Origin: Eledone cirrhosa
Taxonomy: Eukaryota
DNA length: 64,000 nt
Direction of reading: 5' to 3'
NCBI GenBank assembly: GCA_964016885.1
Contig: CAXHJY010000046.1
Coordinates: forward strand, 62,001-126,000
Shown here: piece by piece, positions 41,201 through 56,200 of the stretch
Layout: every line of letters begins with the position of its first letter
Position numbering within the stretch: the first letter of the stretch is position 1
Translations under genes and position numbers: made by a program
The notes under the pieces: generated by a model
The model's input: the letters and a program-made list of their open reading frames with translations, nothing else
Databases searched by the model: none
Told to the model about the DNA's origin: nothing

Positions 41201-44200
41201 GCCAATCATGGTCTCTCACTCTCTAATGATACTGCCAATCATGGTCTCAGACTCTCTAAAGGTACTGCAAATCATGGTCTCAGACTCTCTAATGATACTA
41301 CCAATCATGGTCTCAGACTCTCTAATGATACTGCCATAGATCGTCTCAGACTCTCTAATGGTACTGCCAATCATGGTCTCAGCCTCTCTAATGATACTGC
41401 CAATCATGGTCTCAGACTCTGTAATGATACTGCCAATCATGGTCTCAGACTCTCTAATGGTACTGCCGGTCATAGTCTAGAGACTCTCTAATGATACTGC
41501 CAATCATGGTCTTAGACTCTCTAATGATACTGCAAATCATGTTCTCAGACTCTCTAATGGTGCAGAAAATCATGGTCTAGAGACTCTCTAATGATACTGC
41601 CAATCATGGTCTTAGACTCTCTAATGATACTGCCAATCATGGTCTCAGACTCTCTAATGGTACTGCCAATCATGGTCTAGAGACTCTCTAATGATACTGC
41701 CAAACATGGTCTTAGACTCTCTAATGGTACTGCCAATCATGGTATCAGACTCTCTAATGATAATACCAATCATGGTCTCAGACTCTCTAATGATACTGCC
41801 AATGATCGTCTCAGACTCTCTAATGGTACTGCCAATCATGGTCTCAGACTCTCTAATGATACTGCCAATCATGGTCTCAGACTCTCTAATGATTCTGCCA
41901 ATCATGGTCTAGAGACTCTCTAATGGTACTGCCAATCATGGTCTCAGACTCTCTAATGGTACTGCCAATATGGTCTCATACTCTCTCATGATACTGCCAA
42001 TCATGGTCTCAGACTCTCTAATGATACTGCCAATCATGGTCTCAGACTCTCTAATAGTACTGCCAATCATGATCTAGAGACTCTCTAATGATACTGCCAA
42101 TCATGGTCTCAGACTCTCTAATGATACTGCCAATCATGGTCTCAGATTCTCTAATGATACTGCCAATCATGGGCTCAGACTCTCTAATGGTACTGCCAAT
42201 CCTGATCTCAGACTCTCTAATGATACTGCCAATCATGGTCTTAGACTCTCTAATGATATATGCCAATCATGGTCTCAGACTCTCTAATGGTACTGCCAAT
42301 CATGGTCTCAGACTCTCTAATGATACTGCCAATCATGGGCTCAGACTCTCTAATGGTACTGCCAATCCTGATCTCAGACTCTCTAATGATACTGCCAATC
42401 ATGGTCTCAGACTCTCTAATGATACTGCCAATCATGGTCTCAGACTCTCTAGTGGTACTGCCAATCATGGTCTAGAGACTCTCTAATGATACTGCCAATC
42501 ATGGTCTTAGACTCTCTAATTGTACTGCCAATCATAGTCTCAGACTCTCTAATGATATATGCCAATCATGGTCTCTGATTCTCTAATGATACTGCCAATC
42601 ATGGTCTCAGACTCTCTAAAGGTACTGCAAATCATGGTCTCAGACTCTCTAATGATACTACCAATCATGGTCTCAGACTCTCTAATGATACTGCCATAGA
42701 TCGTCTCAGACTCTCTAATGGTACTGCCAATCATGGTCTCAGCCTCTCTAATGATACTGCCAATCATGGTCTCAGACTCTCTAATGATCCTGCAAATCAT
42801 GGTCTCAGACTCTCTAATGATACTGCCAATCATGGTCTCAGACTCTCTAATGGTACTGCCGGTCATAGTCTAGAGAATCTCTAATGATACTGCCAATCAT
42901 GGTCTTAGACTCTCTAATGATACTGCCAATCATGGTCTCAGACTCTCTAATGGTACTGCCAATCATGGTCTAGAGACTCTCTAATGATACTGCCAAACAT
43001 GGTCTTAGACTCTCTAATGATACTGCCAATCATGGTCTCAGGCTCTCTAATGGTACTGCCAATCATGGTCTAGAGAGTCTCTAATGATACTGCCAATCAT
43101 GGTCTTAGACTCTCTAATGTTACTGCCAATCATGGTCTCAGACTCTCTAATGATACTGCCAATCATGGTCTAGAGAATCTCCAATGATACTGCCAATCAT
43201 GGTCTCAGACTCTCTAATGGTACTGCAAATCATGGTATCAGACTCTCTAATGGTAATGCAAATCATGGTATCTGACTCTCTAATGATACTACCAATCATG
43301 GTCTCAGACTCTCTAATGATACTGCCAATGATCGTCTCAGACTCTCTAATGGTACTGCCAATCATGGTCTAGAGACTCTCTAATGATACTGCCAATATGG
43401 TCTCAGACTCTCTAATAATACTGCCAGTCATGGTCTTAGACTCTCTAATGATACTGCCAATCATGGTCTCAGACTCTCTAATGGTACGGGCAATCATGGT
43501 CTAGAGACTCTCTAATGATACTGCCAATTATGGTCTCAGACTCTCTAATGATACTGCCAAATATGGTCTCAGATTCTCTAATGATACTGCCAATCATGGG
43601 CTCAGACTCTCTAATGGTACTGCCAATCCTGATCTCAGACTCTCTAGTGATACTGCCAATCATGGTCTTAGACTCTCTAATGATATATGCCAATCATGGT
43701 CTCAGACTCTCTAATGGTACTGCCAATCATGGTCTCAGACTCTCTAATGATACTGCCAATCATGGGCTCAGACTCTCTAATGGTACTGCCAATCCTGATC
43801 TCAGACTCTCTAATGATACTGCCAATCATGGTCTCAGACTCTCTAATGATACTGCCAATCATGGTCTCAGACTCTCTAGTGGTACTGCCAATCATGGTCT
43901 AGAGACTCTCTAATGATACTGCCAATCATGGTCTTAGACTCTCTAATTGTACTGCCAATCATAGTCTCAGACTCTCTAATGATATATGCCAATCATGGTC
44001 TCTGATTCTCTAATGATACTGCCAATCATGGTCTCAGACTCTCTAAAGGTACTGCAAATCATGGTCTCAGACTCTCTAATGATACTACCAATCATGGTCT
44101 CAGACTCTCTAATGATACTGCCATAGATCGTCTCAGACTCTCTAATGGTACTGCCAATCATGGTCTCAGCCTCTCTAATGATACTGCCAATCATGGTCTC

Positions 44201-47200
44201 AGACTCTCTAATGATCCTGCAAATCATGGTCTCAGACTCTCTAATGATACTGCCAATCATGGTCTCAGACTCTCTAATGGTACTGCCGGTCATAGTCTAG
44301 AGAATCTCTAATGATACTGCCAATCATGGTCTTAGACTCTCTAATGATACTGCCAATCATGGTCTCAGACTCTCTAATGGTACTGCCAATCATGGTCTAG
44401 AGACTCTCTAATGATACTGCCAAACATGGTCTTAGACTCTCTAATGATACTGCCAATCATGGTCTCAGGCTCTCTAATGGTACTGCCAATCATGGTCTAG
44501 AGAGTCTCTAATGATACTGCCAATCATGGTCTTAGACTCTCTAATGTTACTGCCAATCATGGTCTCAGACTCTCTAATGATACTGCCAATCATGGTCTAG
44601 AGAATCTCTAATGATACTGCCAATCATGGTCTCAGACTCTCTAATGGTACTGCAAATCATGGTATCAGACTCTCTAATGGTAATGCAAATCATGGTATCT
44701 GACTCTCTAATGATACTACCAATCATGGTCTCAGACTCTCTAATGATACTGCCAATGATCGTCTCAGACTCTCTAATGGTACTGCCAATCATGGTCTAGA
44801 GACTCTCTAATGATACTGCCAATATGGTCTCAGACTCTCTAATAATACTGCCAGTCATGGTCTTAGACTCTCTAATGATACTGCCAATCATGGTCTCAGA
44901 CTCTCTAATGGTACGGGCAACCATGGTCTAGAGACTCTCTAATGATACTGCCAATTATGGTCTTAGACTCTCTAATGATACTGCCAATAATGGTCTCAGA
45001 CTCTCTAATGGTACTAGCAATCATGGCCTAGAGACTCTCTAATGATACTGCCAATTATGGTCTTAGACTCTCTAATGATACTGCCAATCATGGTCTCAGA
45101 TTCTCTAATGATACTGCCAATCATGGTCTAGAGACTCTGTAATGATACTGCCAATCATGGTCTCAGACTCTCTAATGATACTGCCAACCATGGTCTTATA
45201 CTCTCTAATGATACTGCCAATCATGGTCTCAGACTCTCTAATGATACTGCCAATCATGGTCTCAGACTCTCTAATGGTACTGCCAATCCTGATCTCAGAC
45301 TCTCTAATGATACTGCCAATCATGGTCTCAGACTCTCTAATGATACTGCCAATGATCGTATCAGACTCTCTAATGGTACTGCCAATCATGGTCTCAGACT
45401 CTCTAATGATACTGCCAATCATGGTCTCAGACTCTCTAATGGTACTGCCAATCATGGTCTAGAGACTCTCTAATGGTACTGCCAATCATGGTCTCAGACT
45501 CTCTAATGATACTGCCAATCATGGTCTCAGACTCTCTAATGATTCTGCCAATCATGGTCTCAGACTCTCTAATGGTACTGCCAATCATGATCTAGAGACT
45601 CTCTAATGATACTGCCAATCATGGTCTTAGACTCTCTAATGATACTGCCAATCATGGTCTCAGACTCTCTAATGATACTGTCAATCATTGTCTCAGACTC
45701 TCTAATGGTACTGCAAATCATGGTATCAGACTCTCTAATGGTACTGCCAATCCTGATCTCAGACTCTCTAATGATACTGCCAATGATCGTGTCAGACTCT
45801 CTAATGGTACTGCCAATCATTGACTCAGACTCTCTAATGATACTACCAATCATGGTCTCAGACTCTCTAATGATACTGCCAATGATCGTGTCAGACTCTC
45901 TAATGGTACTGCCAATCATTGACTCAGACTCTCTAATGATACTGCCAATCATGGTCTCAGACTCTCTAATGATAGTGCCAATAATGGTCTCAGACTCTCT
46001 AATGATACTGCCAATCATGGTCTAGAGACTCTGTAATGATACTGCCAATCATTGTCTCAGACTCTCTAATGATACTGCCAATCATGGTCTTATACTCTCT
46101 AATGATACTGCCAATCATGGTCTCAGACTCTCTAATGATACTGCCAATCATGGGCTCAGACTCTCTAATGGTACTGCCAATCCTGATCTCAGACTCTCTA
46201 ATGATGCTGCCAATAATGGTCTCAGACTCTCTAATGATACTGCCAATCATGGTCTTAGACTCTCTAATGATATATGCCAATCATGGTCTCAGACTCTCTA
46301 ATGGTACTGCCAATCATGATCTCAGACTCTCTAATGATACTGCCAATCATCGTCTCAGACTCTCTAATTATACTGCCAATCATGGTCTCAGACTCTCTAA
46401 TGATACTGCCAATCTTGGTCTAGAGACTCTCTAATGATACTGCCAATCATGGTCTTAGACTAGCTATAGATACTGCCAATCATGGTCTCAGACTCTCTAA
46501 TGGTACGGGCAATCATGGTCTAGAGACTCTCTAATGATACTGCCAATCATGGTCTTAGACTCGCTATAGATACTGCCAATCATGGTCTCAGACTCTCTAA
46601 TGATACTGCCAATCATGGTCTCAGACTCTCTAATGATACTGCCAATTATGGTCTTAGACTCTCTAATGATACTGCCAATCATGGTCTAGAGACTCTCTAA
46701 TGATACTGCCAATCATGGTCTTAGACTCTCTAATTGTACTGCCAATCATGGTCTCAGACTCTCTAATGGTACTGCCAGTATGGTCTCAGACTCTCTAATG
46801 ATACTGCCAATCATAGTCTCAGACTCTCTAATGATATATGCCAATCATGGTCTCTCACTCTCTAATGATACTGCCAATCATGGTCTCAGACTCTCTAAAG
46901 GTACTGCAAATCATGGTCTCAGACTCTCTAATGATACTACCAATCATGGTCTCAGACTCTCTAATGATACTGCCATAGATCGTCTCAGACTCTCTAATGG
47001 TACTGCCAATCATGGTCTCAGCCTCTCTAATGATACTGCCAAACATGGTCTTAGACTCTCTAATGGTACTGCCAATCATGGTCTCAGCCTCTCTAATGAT
47101 ACTGCCAATCATGGTCTCAGACTCTCTAATGATACTGCCAATCATGGTCTCAGACTCTCTAATGGTACTGCCGGTCATAGTCTAGAGACTCTCTGATGAT

Positions 47201-50200
47201 ACTGCCAATCATGGTCTCAGCCTCTCTAATGATACTGCCAATCATGGTCTTAGACTCTCTAATGATACTGCCAATCATGGTCTCAGGCTCTCTAATGGTA
47301 CTGCCAATCATGGTCTAGAGAGTCTCTAATGATACTGCCAATCATGGTCTTAGACTCTCTAATGTTACTGCCAATCATGGTCTCAGACTCTCTAAAGGTA
47401 CTGCAAATCATGGTCTCAGACTCTCTAATGATACTGCAAATCATGGTATCAGACTCTCTAATGGTAATGCAAATCATGGTATCTGACTCTCTAATGATAC
47501 TACCAATCATGGTCTCAGACTCTCTAATGATACTGCCAATGATCGTCTCAGACTCTCTAATGGTACTGCCAATCATGGTCTCAGAGTCTCTAATGATACT
47601 GCCAATCATGGTCTCAGACTCTCTAATGATACTGCCAATCATGGTCTAGAGACTCTCTAATGATACTGCCAATATGGTCTCAGACTCTCTAATAATACTG
47701 CCAGTCATGGTCTTAGACTCTCTAATGATACTGCCAATCATGGTCTCAGACTCTCTAATGGTACGGGCAATCATGGTCTAGAGACTCTCTAATGATACTG
47801 CCAATTATGGTCTTAGACTCTCTAATGATACTGCCAATCATGGTCTCAGACTCTCTAATGATACTGCCAATCATGGTCTAGAGACTCTCTAATGATACTG
47901 CCAATCATGGTCTCAGACTCTCTAATAATACTGCCAGTCATGGTCTTAGACTCTCTAATGATACTGCCAATCATGGTCTCAGACTCTCTAATGGTACGGG
48001 CAATCATGGTCTAGAGACTCTCTAATGATACTGCCAATTATGGTCTTAGACTCTCTAATGATACTGCCAATCATGGTCTCAGACTCTCTAATGATACTGC
48101 CAACCATGGTCTTATACTCTCTAATGATACTGCCAATCATGGTCTCAGACTCTCTAATGATACTGCCAATCATGGTCTCAGACTCTCTAATGGTACTGCC
48201 AATCCTGATCTCAGACTCTCTAATGATACTGCCAATCATGGTCTCAGACTCTCTAATGATACTGCCAATGATCGTCTCAGACTCTCTAATGGTACTGCCA
48301 ATCATGGTCTCAGACTCTCTAATGATACTGCCAATCATGGTCTCAGACTCTCTAATGGTACTGCCAATCATGGTCTAGAGACTCTCTAATGGTACTGCCA
48401 ATCATGGTCTCAGACTCTCTAATGATACTGCCAATCATGGTCTCAGACTCTCTAATGATTCTGCCAATCATGGTCTCAGACTCTCTAATGGTACTGCCAA
48501 TCATGATCTAGAGACTCTCTAATGATACTGCCAATCATGGTCTTAGACTCTCTAATGATACTGCCAATCATGGTCTCAGACTCTCTAATGATACTGTCAA
48601 TCATTGTCTCAGACTCTCTAATGGTACTGCAAATCATGGTATCAGACTCTCTAATGGTACTGCCAATCCTGATCTCAGACTCTCTAATGATACTGCCAAT
48701 GATCGTGTCAGACTCTCTAATGGTACTGCCAATCATTGACTCAGACTCTCTAATGATACTACCAATCATGGTCTCAGACTCTCTAATGATACTGCCAATG
48801 ATCGTGTCAGACTCTCTAATGGTACTGCCAATCATTGACTCAGACTTTCTAATGATACTGCCAATCATGGTCTCAGCCTCTCTAATGATACTGCCAATCA
48901 TGGTCTTAGACTCTCTAATGATACTGCCAATCATGGTCTCAGGCTCTCTAATGGTACTGCCAATCATGGTCTAGAGAGTCTCTAATGATACTGCCAATCA
49001 TGGTCTTAGACTCTCTAATGTTACTGCCAATCATGGTCTCAGACTCTCTAATGATACTGCAAATCATGGTATCAGACTCTCTAATGGTAATGCAAATCAT
49101 GGTATCTGACTCTCTAATGATACTACCAATCATGGTCTCAGACTCTCTAATGATACTGCCAATGATCGTCTCAGACTCTCTAATGGTACTGCCAATCATG
49201 GTCTCAGAGTCTCTAATGATACTGCCAATCATGGTCTCAGACTCTCTAATGATACTGCCAATCATGGTCTAGAGACTCTCTAATGATACTGCCAATATGG
49301 TCTCAGACTCTCTAATAATACTGCCAGTCATGGTCTTAGACTCTCTAATGATACTGCCAATCATGGTCTCAGACTCTCTAATGGTACGGGCAATCATGGT
49401 CTAGAGACTCTCTAATGATACTGCCAATTATGGTCTTAGACTCTCTAATGATACTGCCAATCATGGTCTCAGACTCTCTAATGATACTGCCAATCATGGT
49501 CTAGAGACTCTCTAATGATACTGCCAATCATGGTCTCAGACTCTCTAATAATACTGCCAGTCATGGTCTTAGACTCTCTAATGATACTGCCAATCATGGT
49601 CTCAGACTCTCTAATGGTACGGGCAATCATGGTCTAGAGACTCTCTAATGATACTGCCAATTATGGTCTTAGACTCTCTAATGATACTGCCAATCATGGT
49701 CTCAGACTCTCTAATGATAGTGCCAACCATGGTCTTATACTCTCTAATGATACTGCCAATCATGGTCTCAGACTCTCTAATGATACTGCCAATCATGGTC
49801 TCAGACTCTCTAATGGTACTGCCAATCCTGATCTCAGACTCTCTAATGATACTGCCAATCATGGTCTCAGACTCTCTAATGATACTGCCAATGATCGTCT
49901 CAGACTCTCTAATGGTACTGCCAATCATGGTCTCAGACTCTCTAATGATACTGCCAATCATGGTCTCAGACTCTCTAATGGTACTGCCAATCATGGTCTA
50001 GAGACTCTCTAATGGTACTGCCAATCATGGTCTCAGACTCTCTAATGATACTGCCAATCATGGTCTCAGGCTCTCTAATGATTCTGCCAATCATGGTCTC
50101 AGACTCTCTAATGGTACTGCCAATCATGATCTAGAGACTCTCTAATGATACTGCCAATCATGGTCTTAGACTCTCTAATGATACTGCCAATCATGGTCTC

Positions 50201-53200
50201 AGACTCTCTAATGATACTGTCAATCATTGTCTCAGACTCTCTAATGGTACTGCAAATCATGGTATCAGACTCTCTAATGGTACTGCCAATCCTGATCTCA
50301 GACTCTCTAATGATACTGCCAATGATCGTGTCAGACTCTCTAATGGTACTGCCAATCATTGACTCAGACTCTCTAATGATACTACCAATCATGGTCTCAG
50401 ACTCTCTAATGATACTGCCAATGATCGTGTCAGACTCTCTAATGGTACTGCCAATCATTGACTCAGACTCTCTAATGATACTGCCAATCATGGTCTCAGA
50501 CTCTCTAATGATACTGCCAATAATGGTCTCAGACTCTCTAATGATACTGCCAATCATGGTCTAGAGACTCTGTAATGATACTGCCAATCATTGTCTCAGA
50601 CTCTCTAATGATACTGCCAATCATGGTCTTATACTCTCTAATGATACTGCCAATCATGGTCTCAGACTCTCTAATGATACTGCCAATCATGGGCTCAGAC
50701 TCTCTAATGGTACTGCCAATCCTGATCTCAGACTCTCTAATGATGCTGCCAATAATGGTCTCAGACTCTCTAATGATACTGCCAATCATGGTCTTAGACT
50801 CTCTAATGATATATGCCAATCATGGTCTCAGACTCTCTAATGGTACTGCCAATCATGATCTCAGACTCTCTAATGATACTGCCAATCATGGTCTCAGACT
50901 CTCTAATTATACTGCCAATCATGGTCTCAGACTCTCTAATGATACTGCCAATCTTGGTCTAGAGACTCTCTAATGATACTGCCAATCATGGTCTTAGACT
51001 AGCTATAGATACTGCCAATCATGGTCTCAGACTCTCTAATGGTACGGGCAATCATGGTCTAGAGACTCTCTAATGATACTGCCAATCATGGTCTTAGACT
51101 CGCTATAGATACTGCCAATCATGGTCTCAGACTCTCTAATGATACTGCCAATCATGGTCTCAGACTCTCTAATGATACTGCCAATTATGGTCTTAGACTC
51201 TCTAATGATACTGCCAATCATGGTCTAGAGACTCTCTAATGATACTGCCAATCATGGTCTTAGACTCTCTAATTGTACTGCCAATCATGGTCTCAGACTC
51301 TCTAATGGTACTGCCAGTATGGTCTCAGACTCTCTAATGATACTGCCAATCATAGTCTCAGACTCTCTAATGATATATGCCAATCATGGTCTCTGACTCT
51401 CTAATGATACTGCCAATCATGGTCTCAGACTCTCTAAAGGTACTGCAAATCATGGTCTCAGACTCTCTAATGATACTACCAATCATGGTCTCAGACTCTC
51501 TAATGATACTGCCATAGATCGTCTCAGACTCTCTAATGGTACTGCCAATCATGGTCTCAGCCTCTCTAATGATACTGCCAATCATGGTCTCAGACTCTGT
51601 AATGATACTGCCAATCATGGTCTCAGACTCTCTAATGGTACTGCCGGTCATAGTCTAGAGACTCTCTAATGATACTGCCAATCATGGTCTTAGACTCTCT
51701 AATGATACTGCAAATCATGTTCTCAGACTCTCTAATGGTGCAGAAAATCATGGTCTAGAGACTCTCTAATGATACTGCCAATCATGGTCTTAGACTCTCT
51801 AATGATACTGCCAATCATGGTCTCAGACTCTCTAATGGTACTGCCAATCATGGTCTAGAGACTCTCTAATGATACTGCCAAACATGGTCTTAGACTCTCT
51901 AATGGTACTGCCAATCATGGTCTCAGCCTCTCTAATGATACTGCCAATCATGGTCTCAGACTATCTAATGATACTGCCAATCATGGTCTCAGACTCTCTA
52001 ATGGTACTGCCGGTCATAGTCTAGAGACTCTCTGATGATACTGCCAATCATGGTCTCAGCCTCTCTAATGATACTGCCAATCATGGTCTTAGACTCTCTA
52101 ATGATACTGCCAATCATGGTCTCAGGCTCTCTAATGGTACTGCCAATCATGGTCTAGAGAGTCTCTAATGATACTGCCAATCATGGTCTTAGACTCTCTA
52201 ATGTTACTGCCAATCATGGTCTCAGACTCTCTAATGATACTGCAAATCATGGTATCAGACTCTCTAATGGTAATGCAAATCATGGTATCTGACTCTCTAA
52301 TGATACTACCAATCATGGTCTCAGACTCTCTAATGATACTGCCAATGATCGTCTCAGACTCTCTAATGGTACTGCCAATCATGGTCTCAGAGTCTCTAAT
52401 GATACTGCCAATCATGGTCTCAGACTCTCTAATGATACTGCCAATCATGGTCTAGAGACTCTCTAATGATACTGCCAATATGGTCTCAGACTCTCTAATA
52501 ATACTGCCAGTCATGGTCTTAGACTCTCTAATGATACTGCCAATCATGGTCTCAGACTCTCTAATGGTACGGGCAATCATGGTCTAGAGACTCTCTAATG
52601 ATACTGCCAATTATGGTCTTAGACTCTCTAATGATACTGCCAATCATGGTCTCAGACTCTCTAATGATACTGCCAATCATGGTCTAGAGACTCTCTAATG
52701 ATACTGCCAATCATGGTCTCAGACTCTCTAATAATACTGCCAGTCATGGTCTTAGACTCTCTAATGATACTGCCAATCATGGTCTCAGACTCTCTAATGG
52801 TACGGGCAATCATGGTCTAGAGACTCTCTAATGATACTGCCAATTATGGTCTTAGACTCTCTAATGATACTGCCAATCATGGTCTCAGACTCTCTAATGA
52901 TACAGCCAATCATGGTCTAGAGACTCTCTAATGATACTGCCAATATGGTCTCAGACTCTCTAATAATACTGCCAGTCATGGTCTTAGACTCTCTAATGAT
53001 ACTGCCAATCATGGTCTCAGACTCTCTAATGGTACGGGCAATCATGGCCTAGAGACTCTCTAATGATACTGCCAATTATGGTCTTAGACTCTCTAATGAT
53101 ACTGCCAATTATGGTCTTAGACTCTCTAATGATACTGCCAATCATGGTCTTAGACTCTCTAATGATACTGCCAATCATGGTCTAGAGACTCTCTAATGAT

Positions 53201-56200
53201 ACTGCCAATATGGTCTCAGACTCTCTAATAATACTGCCAGTCATGTCTTAGACTCTCTAATGATACTGCCAATCATGGTCTCAGACTCTCTAATGGTACT
53301 GCCAATCATGGTCTAGAGACTCTCTGATGATACTGCCAAACATGGTCTTAGACTCTCTAATGATACTGCCAATCATGGTCTCAGACTCTCTAATGATACT
53401 GCCAATCATGGTCTAGAGACTCTGAAATGTTACTGCCAATCATGGTCTCAGACTCTCTAATGATACTGCCAATCATGGTCTTATACTCTCTAATGATACT
53501 GCCAATCATGGTCTCAGACTCTCTAATGATACTGCCAATCATGGTCTCAGACTCTCTAATGGTACTGCCAATCCTGATCTCAGACTCTCTAATGATACTG
53601 CCAATAATGGTCTCAGACTCTCTAATGATACTGCCAATCATGGTCTCAGACTCTCTAATGATACTGCCAATCATGGTCTCAGACTCTCTAATGGTACTGC
53701 CAATCATGATCTCAGACTCTCTAATGATACTGCCAATCATGGTCTCAGACTCTCTAATGATACTGCCAATCATGGTCTCAGACTCTCTAATGGTACTGCC
53801 AATCATGGTCTCAGACTCTCTCATGATACTGCCAATCATGGTCTCAGACTCTCTCATGATACTGCCAATCATGGTCTCAGACTCTCTAATGATACTGCCA
53901 ATCATGGTCTCAGACTCTCTAAAGGTACTGCCAATAATGGTCTAGAGACTCTCTAATGATACTGCCAATCATGGTCTTAGACTCTCTAATGGGACTGCCA
54001 ATCATAGTCTCAGACTCTCTAATGGTACTGCCAATATGGTCTCAGACTCTCTAATGATACTGCCAATCATGGTCTCAGACTCTCTAATGATATATGCCAA
54101 TCATGGTCTCTGACTCTCTAATGATACTGCCAATCATGGTCTCAGACTCTTTTATGGTACTGCAAATCATGGTCTAGAGACTCTCTAATGATACTGCCAA
54201 TCATGGTCTTAGACTCTCTAATTGTACTGCCAATCATGGTCTCAGACTCTCTAATGGTACTGCCAATCATGGTCTCTGACTCTCTAAAGGTACTGCAAAT
54301 CATAGTCTCAGACTCTCTAATGATACTACCAATCATGGTCTCAGACTCTCTAATGATACTGCCATAGATCGTCTCAGACTCTCTAATGATACTGCCAATC
54401 ATGGTCTCAGACTCTCTAATGATCCTGCAAATCATGGTCTCAGACTCTCTAATGATACTGCCAATCATGGTCTCAGACTCTCTAATGGTACTGCCGGTCA
54501 TAGTCTAGAGACTCTCTAATGATACTGCCAATCATGGCCTTAGACTCTCTAATGATACTGCCAATCATGGTCTCAGATTCTCTAATGGTGCAGAAAATCA
54601 TGGTCTAGAGACTCTCTAATGATACTGCCAAACATGGTCTTAGACTCTCTAATGATACTGCCAATCATGGTCTCAGACTCTCTAATGGTACTGCCAATCA
54701 TGGTCTAGAGAGTCTCTAATGATACTGCCAATCATGGTCTTAGACTCTCTAATGATACTGCCAATCATGGTCTCAGACTCTCTAATGATGCTGCCAATCA
54801 TGGTCTCAGACTCTCTAATGGTACTGCAAATCATGGTATCAGACTCTCTAATGATACTACAAATCATGGTCTCAGACTCTCTAATGATACGGCCAATGAT
54901 CGTCTCAGCTCTCTAATGGTACTGCCAATCATGGTCTCAGACTCTCTAATGATACTGCCAATCATGGTCTCAGACTCTCTAATGATACTGCCAATCATGG
55001 TCTCAGACTCTCTAATGATACTGCCAATCATGGTCTAGAGACTCTCTAATGATACTGCCAATATGGTCTCAGACTCTCTAATAATACTGCCAATCATGGT
55101 CTTAGACTCTCTAATGATACTGCCAATCATGGTCTCAGACTCTTTAATGGTACTAGCAATCATGGCCTAGAGACTCTCTAATGATACTGCCAATTATGGT
55201 CTTAGACTCTCTAATGATACTGCCAATCATGGTCTCAGACTCTCTAATGGTACTGCCAATCATGGTCTGAGACTCTCTAATGGTACTGCCAATATGGTCT
55301 CATACTCTCTCATGATACTGCCAATTATGGTCTCAGACTCTCTACTGATACTGCCAATTATGGTCTCAGACTCTCTAATGGTACTGCAAATCATGGTATC
55401 AGACTCTCTAATGGTACTGCAAATCATGATATCAGACTCTCTAATGATACTACCAAACATGGTCTCAGACTTTCTAATGATACTGCCAATGATCGTGTCA
55501 GACTCTCTAATGGTACTGCCAATCATTGTCTCAGACTCTCTAATGATACTGCCAATCATGGTCTCAGACTCTCTAATGATACAGGCAATCATGGTCTAGA
55601 GACTCTGTAATGATACTGCCAATCATGGTCTCAGACTCTCTAATGATACTGCCAATCATGGTGTTAGACTCTCTAATGATACTGCCAATCATGGTCTCAG
55701 ACTCTCTAATGATACTGCCAATCATGGGCTCAGACTCTCTAATGGTACTGCCAATCCTGATCTCAGACTCTCTAATGATGCTGCCAATAATGGTCTCAGA
55801 CTCTCTAATGATACTGCCAATCATGGTCTTAGACTCTCTAATGATATATGCCAATCATGGTCTCAGACTCTCTAATGGTACTGCCAATCATGATCTCAGA
55901 CTCTCTAATGATACTGCCAATCATGGTCTCAGACTCTCTAATTATACTGCCAATCATGGTCTCAGACTCTCTAATGATACTGCCAATCTTGGTCTAGAGA
56001 CTCTCTAATGATACTGCCAATCATGGTCTTAGACTAGCTATAGATACTGCCAATCATGGTCTCAAACTCTCTAATGGTACGGGCAATCATGGTCTAGAGA
56101 CTCTCTAATGATACTGCCAATCATGGTCTTAGACTCGCTATAGATACTGCCAATCATGGTCTCAGACTCTCTAATGATACTGCCAATCATGGTCTCAGAC

